Positions 19,421 to 31,271 of a DNA stretch of 64,000 nt are shown here, one piece after another. A program made the translations under genes and the position numbers. A model generated the notes under the pieces. That model ran no database searches. It worked only from the letters and a program-made list of their open reading frames with translations, and was not told the origin of the DNA. The stretch's first letter is position 1; each line of letters opens with the position of its first letter. Origin of the DNA: an uncultured Chromatiaceae bacterium (GTDB lineage Bacteria > Pseudomonadota > Gammaproteobacteria > Tenderiales > Tenderiaceae). The stretch covers positions 17,662 to 81,661 of the forward strand of contig CAMTXZ010000004.1 in assembly GCA_947085765.1 (NCBI GenBank), in the 5' to 3' direction.

Positions 19421-20515
19421 TTATGTCCGTTGCGGTTTGAAGATCAAACGAATATCGTCCCCTACCTGCCGCATATCCTTCAACTCCAGCGCCACCCGCT
19501 GCTCCATCTTCTCCAGCAGCGGCAGATGGATAAGGCCATGGGCGCTATCGCCAAGCAGATGTGGCGCCATATAGATCACCAGCTCATCAATCAACCCGGC
19601 CTCCAGAAAGGCGCCACTCAGGGTCGGACCAGCCTCGATCAGCACCTCATTGTATTGCAGCTCGTTGAGCTGTTGCAGCAGCGCATGTAGATCCAGCTCA
19701 TCATTAACAACCGGCAGATCCAGCAACTTTGCGCCCACCTGCTGCAACGCCTGGCGCTTAACAATGTCGTGCGAGGCTGTGGCGATCCAGCTCTGCCCCA
19801 CTTGCTGCAAAAGCTGGGCGGTAGGGGCAATGCGCAGGGTGCTATCGAGCACCACCCGATCCGGCTGCTTCACCGCGCCCTCAACCCGGGCGCTAAGACG
19901 GGCATCATCGGCCAACACGGTGTTGATACCGGTGACAATCACCGAGCTGCGCGCCCGCAGCCGCTGCACATCGTCACGTGCCGCCTCACCAGTGATCCAT
20001 TTACTCTCACCACTGGCAAGCGCGGTGCGGCCATCCAGACTCATCGCCAGCTTGCAACGCACATAGGGACGGCCACGGGTGAAGCGGGAGATAAAACCGG
20101 GGTTGAGCTGGCGCGCCTCTGCCTCAAGCAGTCCTACGCTGGTCTCGATACCGGCCTGCTCCAGCAGCGCCAACCCCTCTCCCGACACCTTGGGGTTTGG
20201 GTCAACCATCGCCGCCACCACTCGTGCCACACCGGCGTTCAGCAGCGCCTCAGCACACGGCGGGGTACGACCATGATGGCTGCACGGCTCCAATGTCACA
20301 TAGACGGTCGCCGCCCGCGCCCGATCACCCGCCTGGCGCAGCGCGTTGATCTCGGCATGTGGCTCACCGGCACACTCATGCCACCCCTCTCCCACCACCT
20401 CATCATCCCGCACGATGAGACAACCGACCCGCGGATTGGGATCAGTGGTCCATAAACCACGTTCGGCCAGACGTAGCGCCTGGGCCATGTGGGTGTAATC
20501 AGCTGCTGTAAACAT
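19421..20515 (-). CDS. ribD: Bifunctional diaminohydroxyphosphoribosylaminopyrimidine deaminase / 5-amino-6-(5-phosphoribosylamino)uracil reductase
   Basis: The deaminase zinc motif is HAEINAL...TLEPCSHHGRTPPC. The reductase half has KLAMSLDGR and LIEAGPTLSGAFL. Confidence 0.95.
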   Translation of the reverse strand: MFTAADYTHMAQALRLAERGLWTTDPNPRVGCLIVRDDEVVGEGWHECAGEPHAEINALRQAGDRARAATVYVTLEPCSHHGRTPPCAEALLNAGVARVVAAMVDPNPKVSGEGLALLEQAGIETSVGLLEAEARQLNPGFISRFTRGRPYVRCKLAMSLDGRTALASGESKWITGEAARDDVQRLRARSSVIVTGINTVLADDARLSARVEGAVKQPDRVVLDSTLRIAPTAQLLQQVGQSWIATASHDIVKRQALQQVGAKLLDLPVVNDELDLHALLQQLNELQYNEVLIEAGPTLSGAFLEAGLIDELVIYMAPHLLGDSAHGLIHLPLLEKMEQRVALELKDMRQVGDDIRLIFKPQRT

Positions 20516-20554
20516 GAAGGAGATTACCTGGTGTGCAGATCAGCAAGGCAGCAA

Positions 20555-21085
20555 CTATTCATTGCCCTTCTTGGTCTTTTTCTGATCACTGCTGGGCAGC
20601 AACGAGATCTGCTGGGCCGTGAGTTCGGCCGGCGCTTCGTTTTCAAGCCGGTCGATCGCCTCGCGAAAGGCGCTAACATCCTGAAAACTGCGATAGACCG
20701 AGGCAAAACGGATATAGGCCACCTGGTCGAGCTGGGCCAGCGCCGCCATCACCCACTCACCGAGACGGCGCGACGGCACTTCCCGATCACCGGTGGCGCG
20801 CAGCTGATTTTTGATACGGCTGATCGCATCCTCGATCCGCTCGGTGGCCACCGGCCGCTTCTCCAACGAGCGCTGCATACCACGACGCAGCTTCTCTTCG
20901 TCAAACGGTTCGCGGATACCATCCTGCTTGACGATACGTGGCAGCGCCAACTCGGCGGTCTCAAAGGTGGTAAAACGCTCGGCGCAGGTGAGGCACTCAC
21001 GCCGCCGCCGCACGCTGTCGCCTTCGTTGGCGAGGCGTGAGTCGATCACCTTGGTCTCTTCGGCACCACAAAAGGGGCAACGCAT
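20555..21085 (-). CDS. nrdR: Transcriptional repressor NrdR
   Basis: [17 protein letters not shown]...[17 protein letters not shown] zinc ribbon plus an ATP-cone. It sits upstream of ribD, as is typical. Confidence 0.95.
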   Translation of the reverse strand: MRCPFCGAEETKVIDSRLANEGDSVRRRRECLTCAERFTTFETAELALPRIVKQDGIREPFDEEKLRRGMQRSLEKRPVATERIEDAISRIKNQLRATGDREVPSRRLGEWVMAALAQLDQVAYIRFASVYRSFQDVSAFREAIDRLENEAPAELTAQQISLLPSSDQKKTKKGNE

Positions 21086-21125
21086 TGCGCTCTATTCCTT
21101 GGCTGAACTCTGGCCGTCGACTGTA

Positions 21126-22382
21126 TCAGCTACCGTAGACCGGCAGCCGTTTGCAAACCACCGCAACCTTCTCGCGCACGGCATCGATGACAGCCTGATC
21201 GCCCCTTGCATCGATGATGTCGCAGATCCAACCGGTCAGATCGCGACACTCGCCCTCGCCAAAACCACGGGTGGTGATGGCGGGTGTGCCGATACGGATG
21301 CCGGAGGTGACAAAAGGTGACTGCGGATCATTAGGCACACTATTTTTGTTGATGGTGATGTGGGCGTTGCCCAGCCACGCATCGATCTCTTTGCCAGTCA
21401 GTCCCTGTTTAATAAAGCTCACCAACATCAAATGGTTATCGGTGCCACCAGAGACAATCTCAAAACCACGTTTGGTAAAGACCTCCGCCATCACGCGGGC
21501 GTTTTTAACTACCTGCTGCTGATAGGTTTTGAAACCAGGTTCCAGCGCCTCCTTGAAGGCAACAGCCTTGGCAGCAATCACATGCATCAACGGACCACCC
21601 TGAATACCCGGGAAGACAATGGAGTTGAGCTTCTTCTCGATTTCGGGATTGGCCTTGGCGAGAATGATGCCGCCGCGTGGACCGCGCAGAGTCTTGTGAG
21701 TGGTTGAGGTAGTAACGTCAGCAATGTTCACCGGGTTGGGGTAGACACCGGCGGCAATCAGCCCCGCGACGTGGGCCATATCGACAAACAGATAGGCGCC
21801 AACACTATCGGCGATGTCACGGAAACGCTGCCAATCCACTACTCGGGAGTAGGCGCTGAAACCGGCGATGATCATCTTGGGTTTGTGCTCTTTAGCCAGC
21901 GCGTCAACCTGTGCGTAATCGATCTCACCCGTCGCCTCATCCAAACCGTATTGAATGGCGTTATAGATCTTGCCAGAAAAACTGACCTTGGCGCCGTGGG
22001 TCAAGTGGCCGCCATGGGCCAGACTCATGCCCAGCACGGTATCACCCGGTTGCAGCAGCGCCATGTAGACGGCGGCGTTGGCCTGGGAACCGGAGTGCGG
22101 CTGCACATTGGCATAATCAGCGCCAAACAGCTCCTTGACACGATCAATCGCCAGCTGCTCGGCGATATCAACAAACTCGCAACCGCCGTAATAACGTTTG
22201 CCCGGATAGCCTTCGGCATATTTATTGGTGAGAACGGAGCCTTGCGCCTCCATCACCCGTGGGCTGGCGTAGTTCTCGGAGGCGATCAATTCAATATGAA
22301 CCTCCTGACGCTCACGCTCGTGTTCCATCGCAGCCCAGAGTTCTGCATCATATCCAGCAATGGTCATATCCTTGGTAAACAT
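21126..22382 (-). CDS. glyA: Serine hydroxymethyltransferase
   Basis: 418 aa with [30 protein letters not shown] and the PLP-lysine motif [15 protein letters not shown]. Confidence 0.97.
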   Translation of the reverse strand: MFTKDMTIAGYDAELWAAMEHERERQEVHIELIASENYASPRVMEAQGSVLTNKYAEGYPGKRYYGGCEFVDIAEQLAIDRVKELFGADYANVQPHSGSQANAAVYMALLQPGDTVLGMSLAHGGHLTHGAKVSFSGKIYNAIQYGLDEATGEIDYAQVDALAKEHKPKMIIAGFSAYSRVVDWQRFRDIADSVGAYLFVDMAHVAGLIAAGVYPNPVNIADVTTSTTHKTLRGPRGGIILAKANPEIEKKLNSIVFPGIQGGPLMHVIAAKAVAFKEALEPGFKTYQQQVVKNARVMAEVFTKRGFEIVSGGTDNHLMLVSFIKQGLTGKEIDAWLGNAHITINKNSVPNDPQSPFVTSGIRIGTPAITTRGFGEGECRDLTGWICDIIDARGDQAVIDAVREKVAVVCKRLPVYGS

Positions 22383-22700
22383 GGCGTTACATATCTCCGG
22401 CTAAGCTGAAAAGAGAAATTTGAAAGGGTCACTAGGATACCCGATTCGGGCCGATTCTGCATTGTTATGGAGATGTGACGCCAGGACAACAGCCAAGAAC
22501 CACAGAATGTTAAGCGGGACTTAAAGCACACTGCTATTCATGTTATATTCACCACCTCAGGGTTAAACCCGACAATTCAAATTTTTCAGAGCTGCGGCCT
22601 GAAACGGGTAGGAGACCCCCAGGAAAATTCCTGGAGATAGCGGACCAGCAAGACCATTGCTAACTATTGTTCAGTCAGGCCACGTCATGAGGCATAGGCA

Positions 22701-24002
22701 GTGGCGATACATAGTTTTTCATCCTCTTCAGCAACATTACGCAGGGTTCTGCGATTACTGGAGACACTTGGCTCCACCAGCAGTGGCTCCACGATCTACC
22801 ACCACATTGAGCGCTGTTTCCTTGAGCTCGAATCAACCCAGCTAGAGAGCGAGACCCAATATATAGAGCTGCTTGAGCTGCTGCTTGACGCCCTTACCCA
22901 CTCGCTCGGCCAAGACTCCCCTCTCTATACCTCCGGCCATATCCTGCGTACCACTTTGATTCCACCGCTGCTACCACATGAACTGCGGCGTCTAAAGACA
23001 GATGCAAAACAATTGATAGCCCAGCTTCAGCAGCAAGATAGCTTCGAACCATCATCACCCAACCACAGTGTTATCCCACGGAGCGGCCAAACCGCTGCCA
23101 CTGTTACCACCGGGTACGACCTTGAGAGGCAAAACAGAAACAGCACAACGGCACCTGGCCATTTCGACCAGTCGCTACAGGAGACACGCAGCAATCTCCA
23201 GAGCATCAAGGGCAAGCTCGACAGACAGATAGAACAAGCCGTCGCATATAACAACGAACTAGCCCACCTGATCAAAGCGTCGATGGAGGCAATCCGAGTA
23301 GTAGATGCCAAACAGGATGTCGACGAAATGCGCATCACCCACCTACAGCACTACATCAAGCTATTCAAGGAGCACCAGGACCTTACCACTAAATTCAGCA
23401 CCATCCAGCAACAGCTTAATGCCTTTGAAAATGAGAGCCAGCAGCTGGACGATGAGCTTACCCGAGTCCACATGTTGAGCGTGACGGATGAGCTGACCCA
23501 GCTCCCGAATCGCCGCGCCTTCATCCAGCGACTCGATAACGAAATGGCGCGTGTGCAACGCTACGGCTCACCGCTAGCGCTGGCCATCATCGATCTGGAT
23601 GAATTCAAACCGATCAACGACACCTTTGGCCACAACGCTGGTGATCAAGTGCTACGCTATTTTGCCGAGACCGCGCTAACGGTGCTGCGCCATCACGACA
23701 CTGTCGCCCGCTATGGTGGCGAAGAGTTTGCAGTGCTGATGCCCAATACCGAGATTGAGGGTGCGCTCTGCACCCTGAAAAAGATCCAGAGCGAAGTGGC
23801 TGGCTCGCTCTGCCGCCTGGACGACGGCGTCGAGATCACCGCCCCCACCTTTTCCGCTGGAGTCGCCCTTTACAATCCTGGTGAAAGCCCGGAAGAGTTA
23901 ATTAAACGTGCCGATACCGCGATGTATCGCGCCAAACATTCAGGTCGCAACCGCATTGAAGTACACACCATGGGGACCAAACAGAAACTCCAGGCAACGT
24001 GA
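22701..24002 (+). CDS. Diguanylate cyclase (GGDEF) with a long N-terminal coiled-coil region
   Basis: The C-terminal 170 aa form a GGDEF domain: DELTQLPNRRAF, IDLDEFKPINDTFGH, RHHDTVARYGGEEFAVLM (I-site RxxD plus GGEEF). The N-terminal ~260 aa are Gln/Glu/Leu-rich. The GTG start at 22701 (GAGG 8 nt upstream) is the only in-frame start candidate, so the start is uncertain. Confidence 0.8.
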   Translation: MAIHSFSSSSATLRRVLRLLETLGSTSSGSTIYHHIERCFLELESTQLESETQYIELLELLLDALTHSLGQDSPLYTSGHILRTTLIPPLLPHELRRLKTDAKQLIAQLQQQDSFEPSSPNHSVIPRSGQTAATVTTGYDLERQNRNSTTAPGHFDQSLQETRSNLQSIKGKLDRQIEQAVAYNNELAHLIKASMEAIRVVDAKQDVDEMRITHLQHYIKLFKEHQDLTTKFSTIQQQLNAFENESQQLDDELTRVHMLSVTDELTQLPNRRAFIQRLDNEMARVQRYGSPLALAIIDLDEFKPINDTFGHNAGDQVLRYFAETALTVLRHHDTVARYGGEEFAVLMPNTEIEGALCTLKKIQSEVAGSLCRLDDGVEITAPTFSAGVALYNPGESPEELIKRADTAMYRAKHSGRNRIEVHTMGTKQKLQAT

Positions 24003-24013
24003 CTGAATAACTG

Positions 24014-24050
24014 AAACAAAAAAGGCCCGCTTCAGCGGGCCTTTTTATTT
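24014..24050. terminator. Bidirectional rho-independent terminator between the convergent GGDEF gene and secF
   Basis: AAACAAAAAA-GGCCCGC-TTCA-GCGGGCC-TTTTTATTTT: a 7-bp GC stem with a 4-nt loop, an A-run on one side and a T-run on the other. Confidence 0.85.
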
Positions 24051-24069
24051 TATCGCCAGCAGCTAGCCG

Positions 24070-25005
24070 CTACGGCGTAGAGTCAACCTCTGCCCCCTCC
24101 TTTTCAACCTGCATCAAGTCAGCCTTGCTCACCCCCATCAGGACAATCAGGCTACTGGCAATATAGATAGATGAGTAAGTACCTACCGCAATACCGATAA
24201 TCAGTGCCAGGGCAAAGCCGTGGATCGCCTCACCGCCAAAAAGAAGCAGTGAAATCACCACCAGGCTGGTAGTGCCGGAGGTCATGATGGTACGTGACAA
24301 TGTCTGGGTGACGGACTGGTTGATGATCTCAATCGGACTCACCTTGCGCACCTTGCGGAAGGTTTCGCGAATACGATCGTAAACCACGATGGTGTCATTG
24401 AGGGAGTAACCGATCACCGCCAATATTGCCGCCAATACCGTCAGATCGAACTCCCACTGAAAGATGGAAAAAAGCCCGATGGTAATAATGACGTCATGCA
24501 GGGTGGCGAGCACTGCACCCACTGCAAAACGGGCCTCAAACCGGAAGTAGACATAGATCAGGATACCAAACAGTGCCGCCAGAATCGCCAGACCACCATC
24601 TTCGGTCAGCTCCTTACCGACCTGCGGACCAACAAACTCAATGCGGCGCAACTCTACCTTGTGGCCATCATCATTCAGCGCCGCCAGTACCTTATTGCTG
24701 ATCTCGGCCTGCGCTGATTCACTGGGCGCCAGACGGATCAGAACATCCTGTGAGGTACCAAAATGCTGCACTACAGCCCGTTCAAAACCACCCTTGGCCA
24801 GTGCACCACGCACAGCCTGGAGGTCGGCCGACTGCTCATAGCCCACCTCAACCAGGGTACCACCGGTAAAGTCGATCCCCAGATTCAGGCCACGGGTGGC
24901 CACTGAGCCAAGGGCGATAATTACCAGCAGCAGCGAGATCAGCAGGCCGATTTTGCGCGTGCCCATAAAGTCGACCGTGTTTTTTACATTAAAAAATTCC
25001 ATCAT
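24070..25005 (-). CDS. secF: Protein translocase subunit SecF
   Basis: 311 aa with NLGIDFTGG, a six-TM core with DTIVVYDRIRE, immediately downstream of secD. Confidence 0.95.
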   Translation of the reverse strand: MMEFFNVKNTVDFMGTRKIGLLISLLLVIIALGSVATRGLNLGIDFTGGTLVEVGYEQSADLQAVRGALAKGGFERAVVQHFGTSQDVLIRLAPSESAQAEISNKVLAALNDDGHKVELRRIEFVGPQVGKELTEDGGLAILAALFGILIYVYFRFEARFAVGAVLATLHDVIITIGLFSIFQWEFDLTVLAAILAVIGYSLNDTIVVYDRIRETFRKVRKVSPIEIINQSVTQTLSRTIMTSGTTSLVVISLLLFGGEAIHGFALALIIGIAVGTYSSIYIASSLIVLMGVSKADLMQVEKEGAEVDSTP

Positions 25006-25013
25006 CCCTCTCC

Positions 25014-26876
25014 TTAGATCGACAGCTTATTCACGCGGCGGCCGCCGTATGCCAGATTGACCAGCGCACGAGTACCGAGGATGGCAGTAAACATTGAAGT
25101 AAGAATGCCCAGGCAGAGCACCACGGCAAAGCCCTTGACCGGACCTGACCCCAACCAGAAGAGCGTGATCCCGGCAATCAACGTAGTGATATTGGAGTCA
25201 GCAATAGTCGCGGCCGCCCGCTCAAAACCTGCGTGAATACTGGCCTGCGGCGAGTTTCCATTGCGCAGCTCTTCACGGATACGCTCATAGATCAGAACGT
25301 TAGCATCCACCGCCATACCGATGGTCAAGACGATACCGGCGATACCCGGCAGGGTTAGTGTCGCTTGCAACATCGACAGCAACGCAGTAAGCAGCACCAG
25401 ATTCATCACCAGCGTAACGTTGGCAATCATGCCAAAGGCACGGTAGTAGAGCGCCATGAAGATCATCACTATTACAAAACCGACCACCATCGACTTCATA
25501 CCCATTTCGATGTTGTCCTGACCCAGGCTCGGTCCAACGGTACGCTCTTCGATGATCTCAAGCGGCGCAGACAAAGCACCGGCACGCAGCAGCAGCGCCA
25601 GATAGCTAGCCTCTTTGCTCTCAAGGCCGGTGATCTGGAAGCTATTGCCAAAAGGTTCACGGATATTCGCCAGGCTGATCACATCCTCAACTTTAGATTT
25701 CACCCGCTCTTCAACACCATTAACGATCTTGATCTCGCTCTTGCTCTCGACATAGACCACCGCCATCAGCTTGCCAACATTCTCCTTGGTGATGTCATGC
25801 ATCTTGCTGCCACCCTTGCTATCCAGGGAGATAGAGACCGCCGGACTGGCATCACCCTGATCGATGGTGGCTTTTGCACCAACGATAGAGTCACCCGTGA
25901 TGATAATATTCTTTTGCAGCAATACCGGCTTGCCGGTTGCACGCTCATTGAAGAGACGGGAGCCAACGGGCACACGCCCATCAAGCGCATCTTGAACATT
26001 GCCGGTCTCATCCGCCATCCGAAAATCGAGAGTTGCTGTGGCGCCAAGAATCTCCTTGGCACGGGCGGTATCCTGCACCCCTGGCAACTGTACTACGATA
26101 CGGTTTTCACCCTGCTGCTGGATCAGCGGCTCGGCCACGCCCAGCTCATTAATACGGTTACGCAAGGTTGTGACGTTCTGTTGCACGGCCAGTTTGCGGG
26201 TCTCACGTTTCTCCTGCTCAGAGAGATTGACACTCATAAAAATGGCGTCACCCTTCTCTGTATCCGACAGCAGCAGGTCACGGAACTCCTTGTGAATCAG
26301 GCTCTCAGCCGTGGCGCGATCTTCAACACTGCGAAACTTAATCTGCAGGCCACCGCTGGAGACACGGCCAATGGTGAGGTAACGGAGTTTGTCCTCACGC
26401 ATCAGACTACGCAGATCACCGACATAACGATCTTCGGCCATCTCAACGGCAGCATCGGTATCGACCTCCATCAAAAAGTGCACACCACCACGCAGGTCGA
26501 GGCCGAGATACATCGGCAAGGCCCCCAGGGAGCGCAGCCAATCGGGGGTCGAGGAGGCCAGGTTGAGGGCAATTACATACCCGTCATCCTGAAGCGCCGT
26601 CTTCAGGCCGTCGCGAGCCTTAAGCTGCTCCTCGGTATTATTGAAACGAACAATCAACCCCTGAGCCTGTAGATCCATCGCCTTCACATCGATCTCCAGG
26701 CGGCCCAACTGGGCGCGCACGTCATCGATGGTCGCCTGATTAACTTCGGCGCCTCGTATGGATGAGATCTGCACCGCCGGATCCTCACCATAAAGATTTG
26801 GCAACGCATAAAGAGCACCGATCGCCATAGCAGCAACGATCAGCAGGTTTTTCCACCAGGGGTATTGATTGATCAT
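25014..26876 (-). CDS. secD: Protein translocase subunit SecD
   Basis: 620 aa with N-terminal YPWWKNLLI, LGLDLRGGVHF, a large periplasmic domain and a C-terminal TM bundle with AVDANVLIYERIREE. Confidence 0.95.
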   Translation of the reverse strand: MINQYPWWKNLLIVAAMAIGALYALPNLYGEDPAVQISSIRGAEVNQATIDDVRAQLGRLEIDVKAMDLQAQGLIVRFNNTEEQLKARDGLKTALQDDGYVIALNLASSTPDWLRSLGALPMYLGLDLRGGVHFLMEVDTDAAVEMAEDRYVGDLRSLMREDKLRYLTIGRVSSGGLQIKFRSVEDRATAESLIHKEFRDLLLSDTEKGDAIFMSVNLSEQEKRETRKLAVQQNVTTLRNRINELGVAEPLIQQQGENRIVVQLPGVQDTARAKEILGATATLDFRMADETGNVQDALDGRVPVGSRLFNERATGKPVLLQKNIIITGDSIVGAKATIDQGDASPAVSISLDSKGGSKMHDITKENVGKLMAVVYVESKSEIKIVNGVEERVKSKVEDVISLANIREPFGNSFQITGLESKEASYLALLLRAGALSAPLEIIEERTVGPSLGQDNIEMGMKSMVVGFVIVMIFMALYYRAFGMIANVTLVMNLVLLTALLSMLQATLTLPGIAGIVLTIGMAVDANVLIYERIREELRNGNSPQASIHAGFERAAATIADSNITTLIAGITLFWLGSGPVKGFAVVLCLGILTSMFTAILGTRALVNLAYGGRRVNKLSI

Positions 26877-26924
26877 ATTTTTAGAGTACCCGGAACGTCC
26901 GTTGTTTCTTGAATATATCGTGGG

Positions 26925-27266
26925 TTAAATCTTCAGACTGCCCTTGGGCAGAAGTGAACCGATGGCATTTTTTTGCACCTGTACCTCAACACCTGCGGCG
27001 ATCTGCAGGGTGATAAAGGTATCATCCAGCTTGGTGATACGGCCAGCCAGTCCACCGGTGGTCACCACTTCATCATTTTTAGCGATGCCGGCGGTCATTT
27101 TTTTGTGCTCTTTGGCACGCTTGAGCTGAGGACGCAACAACATAAAATAGAAGATTACAAACAGCACTATCAGGAAAATAAAATTGGCTATACCCGTTTC
27201 ACCGCCTGCGGCAGCAGGGGCCTGTTGGGCCATCGCATCAGTAATAAAAAAGCTCATAACATCCAT
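26925..27266 (-). CDS. yajC: Preprotein translocase subunit YajC
   Basis: 113 aa with a single TM then LLRPQLKRAKEHKKM and GDEVVTTGGLAGRI-type motifs. It lies between tgt and secD. The start may be the internal ATG at 27257. Confidence 0.9.
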   Translation of the reverse strand: MDVMSFFITDAMAQQAPAAAGGETGIANFIFLIVLFVIFYFMLLRPQLKRAKEHKKMTAGIAKNDEVVTTGGLAGRITKLDDTFITLQIAAGVEVQVQKNAIGSLLPKGSLKI

Positions 27267-27356
27267 CCCTAATTAATGTAAATGCAATTTAAAAAATCGC
27301 GGGTCAATAACGCGCAAAACCACCCATCTACAGGCACCGTGCGCAAACGGCGCTCA

Positions 27357-29553
<2,197 letters not shown>

Positions 29554-29599
29554 GGCGCGGGATGTTATCAGTTTCAACTTCATCTCGCGAGTTTTGCGC

Positions 29600-29627
29600 T
29601 TGCTGAATGAAATTAAATCGTTATACT
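29600..29627 (+). promoter_or_regulatory. Candidate sigma70 promoter for tRNA-Leu
   Basis: TTGCTG (29600-29605), a 16-nt spacer, then TATACT (29622-29627), followed by the GC-rich discriminator ACGCGCTCCC. The mature tRNA starts about 27 nt after the -10 element. Confidence 0.5.
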
Positions 29628-29653
29628 ACGCGCTCCCATTTCGATGGGGATTC

Positions 29654-29740
29654 GCCGGGATGGCGGAACTGGTAGACGCGCCGGACTCAAAATCCGGTTC
29701 TGGTGACAGAGTGCGAGTTCGATTCTCGCTCCCGGCACCA
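29654..29740 (+). tRNA. tRNA-Leu (anticodon CAA)
   Basis: 87-nt class II cloverleaf. Acceptor GCCGGGA pairs with TCCCGGC. The anticodon stem CCGGA/TCCGG carries the loop CU-CAA-AA. It has a long variable arm, a T arm GCGAG-TTCGATT-CTCGC, discriminator A and an encoded CCA. Confidence 0.93.
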
Positions 29741-29801
29741 ACTTGAAATAGTCACACGTTTAACGGTGACACCCCGTTTCAGTTGGTATTACCCCATCCA
29801 C

Positions 29802-31025
29802 TTATTCAAATCTATACCCCTTCGGCACTACCACTATCCCCTCGGCAGAGACTTGAAACTGCTGGCGGTCGCGCTCCAGATCAAAACCGATCATTGCACC
29901 ATCCGGCACACTCACATCTTTATCGATGATGCAGCGGTTAATCTGCGCGCCCCTGCCGACAGAGACCCCTTCGAACAGCAGTGAATCATGCACCATCGCC
30001 TCATCACCGACAAAAACATTATTAAACAGAATGGAGTGCTGCGCACAACTACCAGAGATCACGGCACCGCTGGAGATAATGGAGTTGATGGCGATCCCTT
30101 CATTGCCCATGTTACCCGCCACAGTGCGGGCCGGCGGATGTTGTCCCGAATAGGTGCGAATAGGCCAATCTTTTTGATAAAGATTCATCGGCGGCACCTG
30201 ATCCAGCAGATCCATATTGGCGCGGTAGTAGGAGTCGATGGTGCCAACGTCGCGCCAGTAACGATCCGGTGAGACACGCCCCACCTCGCTGCCAAACGGG
30301 TAACCACAGACTCGACCAGCATCGATCATGCGCGGGATGATGTCCTTGCCAAAATCGTGGCTGGAATCGCTACGCTGCTGATCCAGCTCCAGCACCTCTA
30401 TCAACCTGCGGAGGGAGAAGATGTAGACACCCATCGAAGCCAGGACGCGACTCTCACTGCCCGGCATGGATTGTGGCACTGCCGGCTTCTCCTCAAAAGA
30501 GCTGATGCGCTGATCGCCATCAAGCGTCAGAACACCAAACTGATGTGCCTCATTTAGCGCCACATCCATGCACGCCACAGTCAAATCGGCACCACTGGCC
30601 AAGTGCACCTTCATCATCGGCGCATAGTCCATGCGATAGATATGATCGCCCGGCAGGATCATCACCTGCTCGGCACCGCTACGCTCCAGCAGATAGAGAT
30701 TTTGATAGATGGCGTCGGCCGTGCCACTGTACCAGCGCTCGCCTTTGCGCATCTGCGGCGGCACCAGGGTGATGTACTCCCCCAACTCCGGATTAAAGAT
30801 CGACCAGCCGTCGCGTACATGTTTCTGCAACGAATGGGATTTGTACTGCGTCAACATCAGCACCCGCCGCACCCCGGAGTGCAGGCAGTTGCTAAGTACA
30901 AAATCAATAATGCGGTACTTGCCACCAAAGGGCACCGCTGGCTTGGCACGATCCTCTGTCAATGGATGGAGACGTGAACCGATGCCCCCCGCAAGAATCA
31001 CTGTCACTGTATTTAAAAATGTCAT
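29802..31025 (-). CDS. glgC: Glucose-1-phosphate adenylyltransferase paralog (second GlgC-family gene)
   Basis: 407 aa with [73 protein letters not shown] and a C-terminal left-handed beta-helix region. It is clearly related to, but distinct from, the gene at 39448-40713. Confidence 0.85.
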   Translation of the reverse strand: MTFLNTVTVILAGGIGSRLHPLTEDRAKPAVPFGGKYRIIDFVLSNCLHSGVRRVLMLTQYKSHSLQKHVRDGWSIFNPELGEYITLVPPQMRKGERWYSGTADAIYQNLYLLERSGAEQVMILPGDHIYRMDYAPMMKVHLASGADLTVACMDVALNEAHQFGVLTLDGDQRISSFEEKPAVPQSMPGSESRVLASMGVYIFSLRRLIEVLELDQQRSDSSHDFGKDIIPRMIDAGRVCGYPFGSEVGRVSPDRYWRDVGTIDSYYRANMDLLDQVPPMNLYQKDWPIRTYSGQHPPARTVAGNMGNEGIAINSIISSGAVISGSCAQHSILFNNVFVGDEAMVHDSLLFEGVSVGRGAQINRCIIDKDVSVPDGAMIGFDLERDRQQFQVSAEGIVVVPKGYRFE

Positions 31026-31052
31026 GTTGCCCCCCCGACTGTTTTTATAGTG

Positions 31053-31095
31053 TCCATACCACTTCTCTCCACTACCAAGGCAGAAACCATACCAC
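31053..31095. repeat. 10-bp direct repeat CCATACCACT x2 upstream of the second glgC
   Basis: Identical copies lie at 31053-31062 and 31086-31095 (33-bp period), which is 28-70 bp upstream of the glgC-paralog ATG at 31025. Confidence 0.4.
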
Positions 31096-31210
31096 TGCCA
31101 ATAGCCTTATATAGATCATGCCGTTATGAAAATAACTGTTCAAAACGGAGCGGCCTACACAACTGTTTTGCACCATTTTGAACATGCCGATCACAATTAT
31201 GGGGCAGACA

Positions 31211-31240
31211 AAACTAAAAAGGGGCGCATCACTGCGCCCC
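31211..31240 (-). terminator. Rho-independent terminator of the lipoprotein gene
   Basis: On the minus strand, GGGGCGCA-GTGA-TGCGCCCC is followed by TTTTTAGTTTTG, about 30 nt after the stop at 31272. Confidence 0.85.
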
Positions 31241-31271
31241 TTGAATTTGATTTGATCAGATCAAACCGTCG

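Noticed and set aside
22383-22700. Possible ZTP/THF-type riboswitch or leader upstream of glyA in the 318-bp divergent spacer
   Set aside because: No match to the ZTP pseudoknot consensus (GGGTCGTGAC...CCGGGCGGA...CCGCCTGGG) or other one-carbon riboswitch cores as I remember them. No small ORF longer than 8 codons is present.
25365-26672. 435-aa ORF on the plus strand
   Set aside because: It is entirely antisense to secD, whose reverse-strand translation has unmistakable SecD motifs. The plus-strand product is His/Gln/Arg/Leu-rich low-information sequence, typical of shadow ORFs in GC-rich coding DNA.
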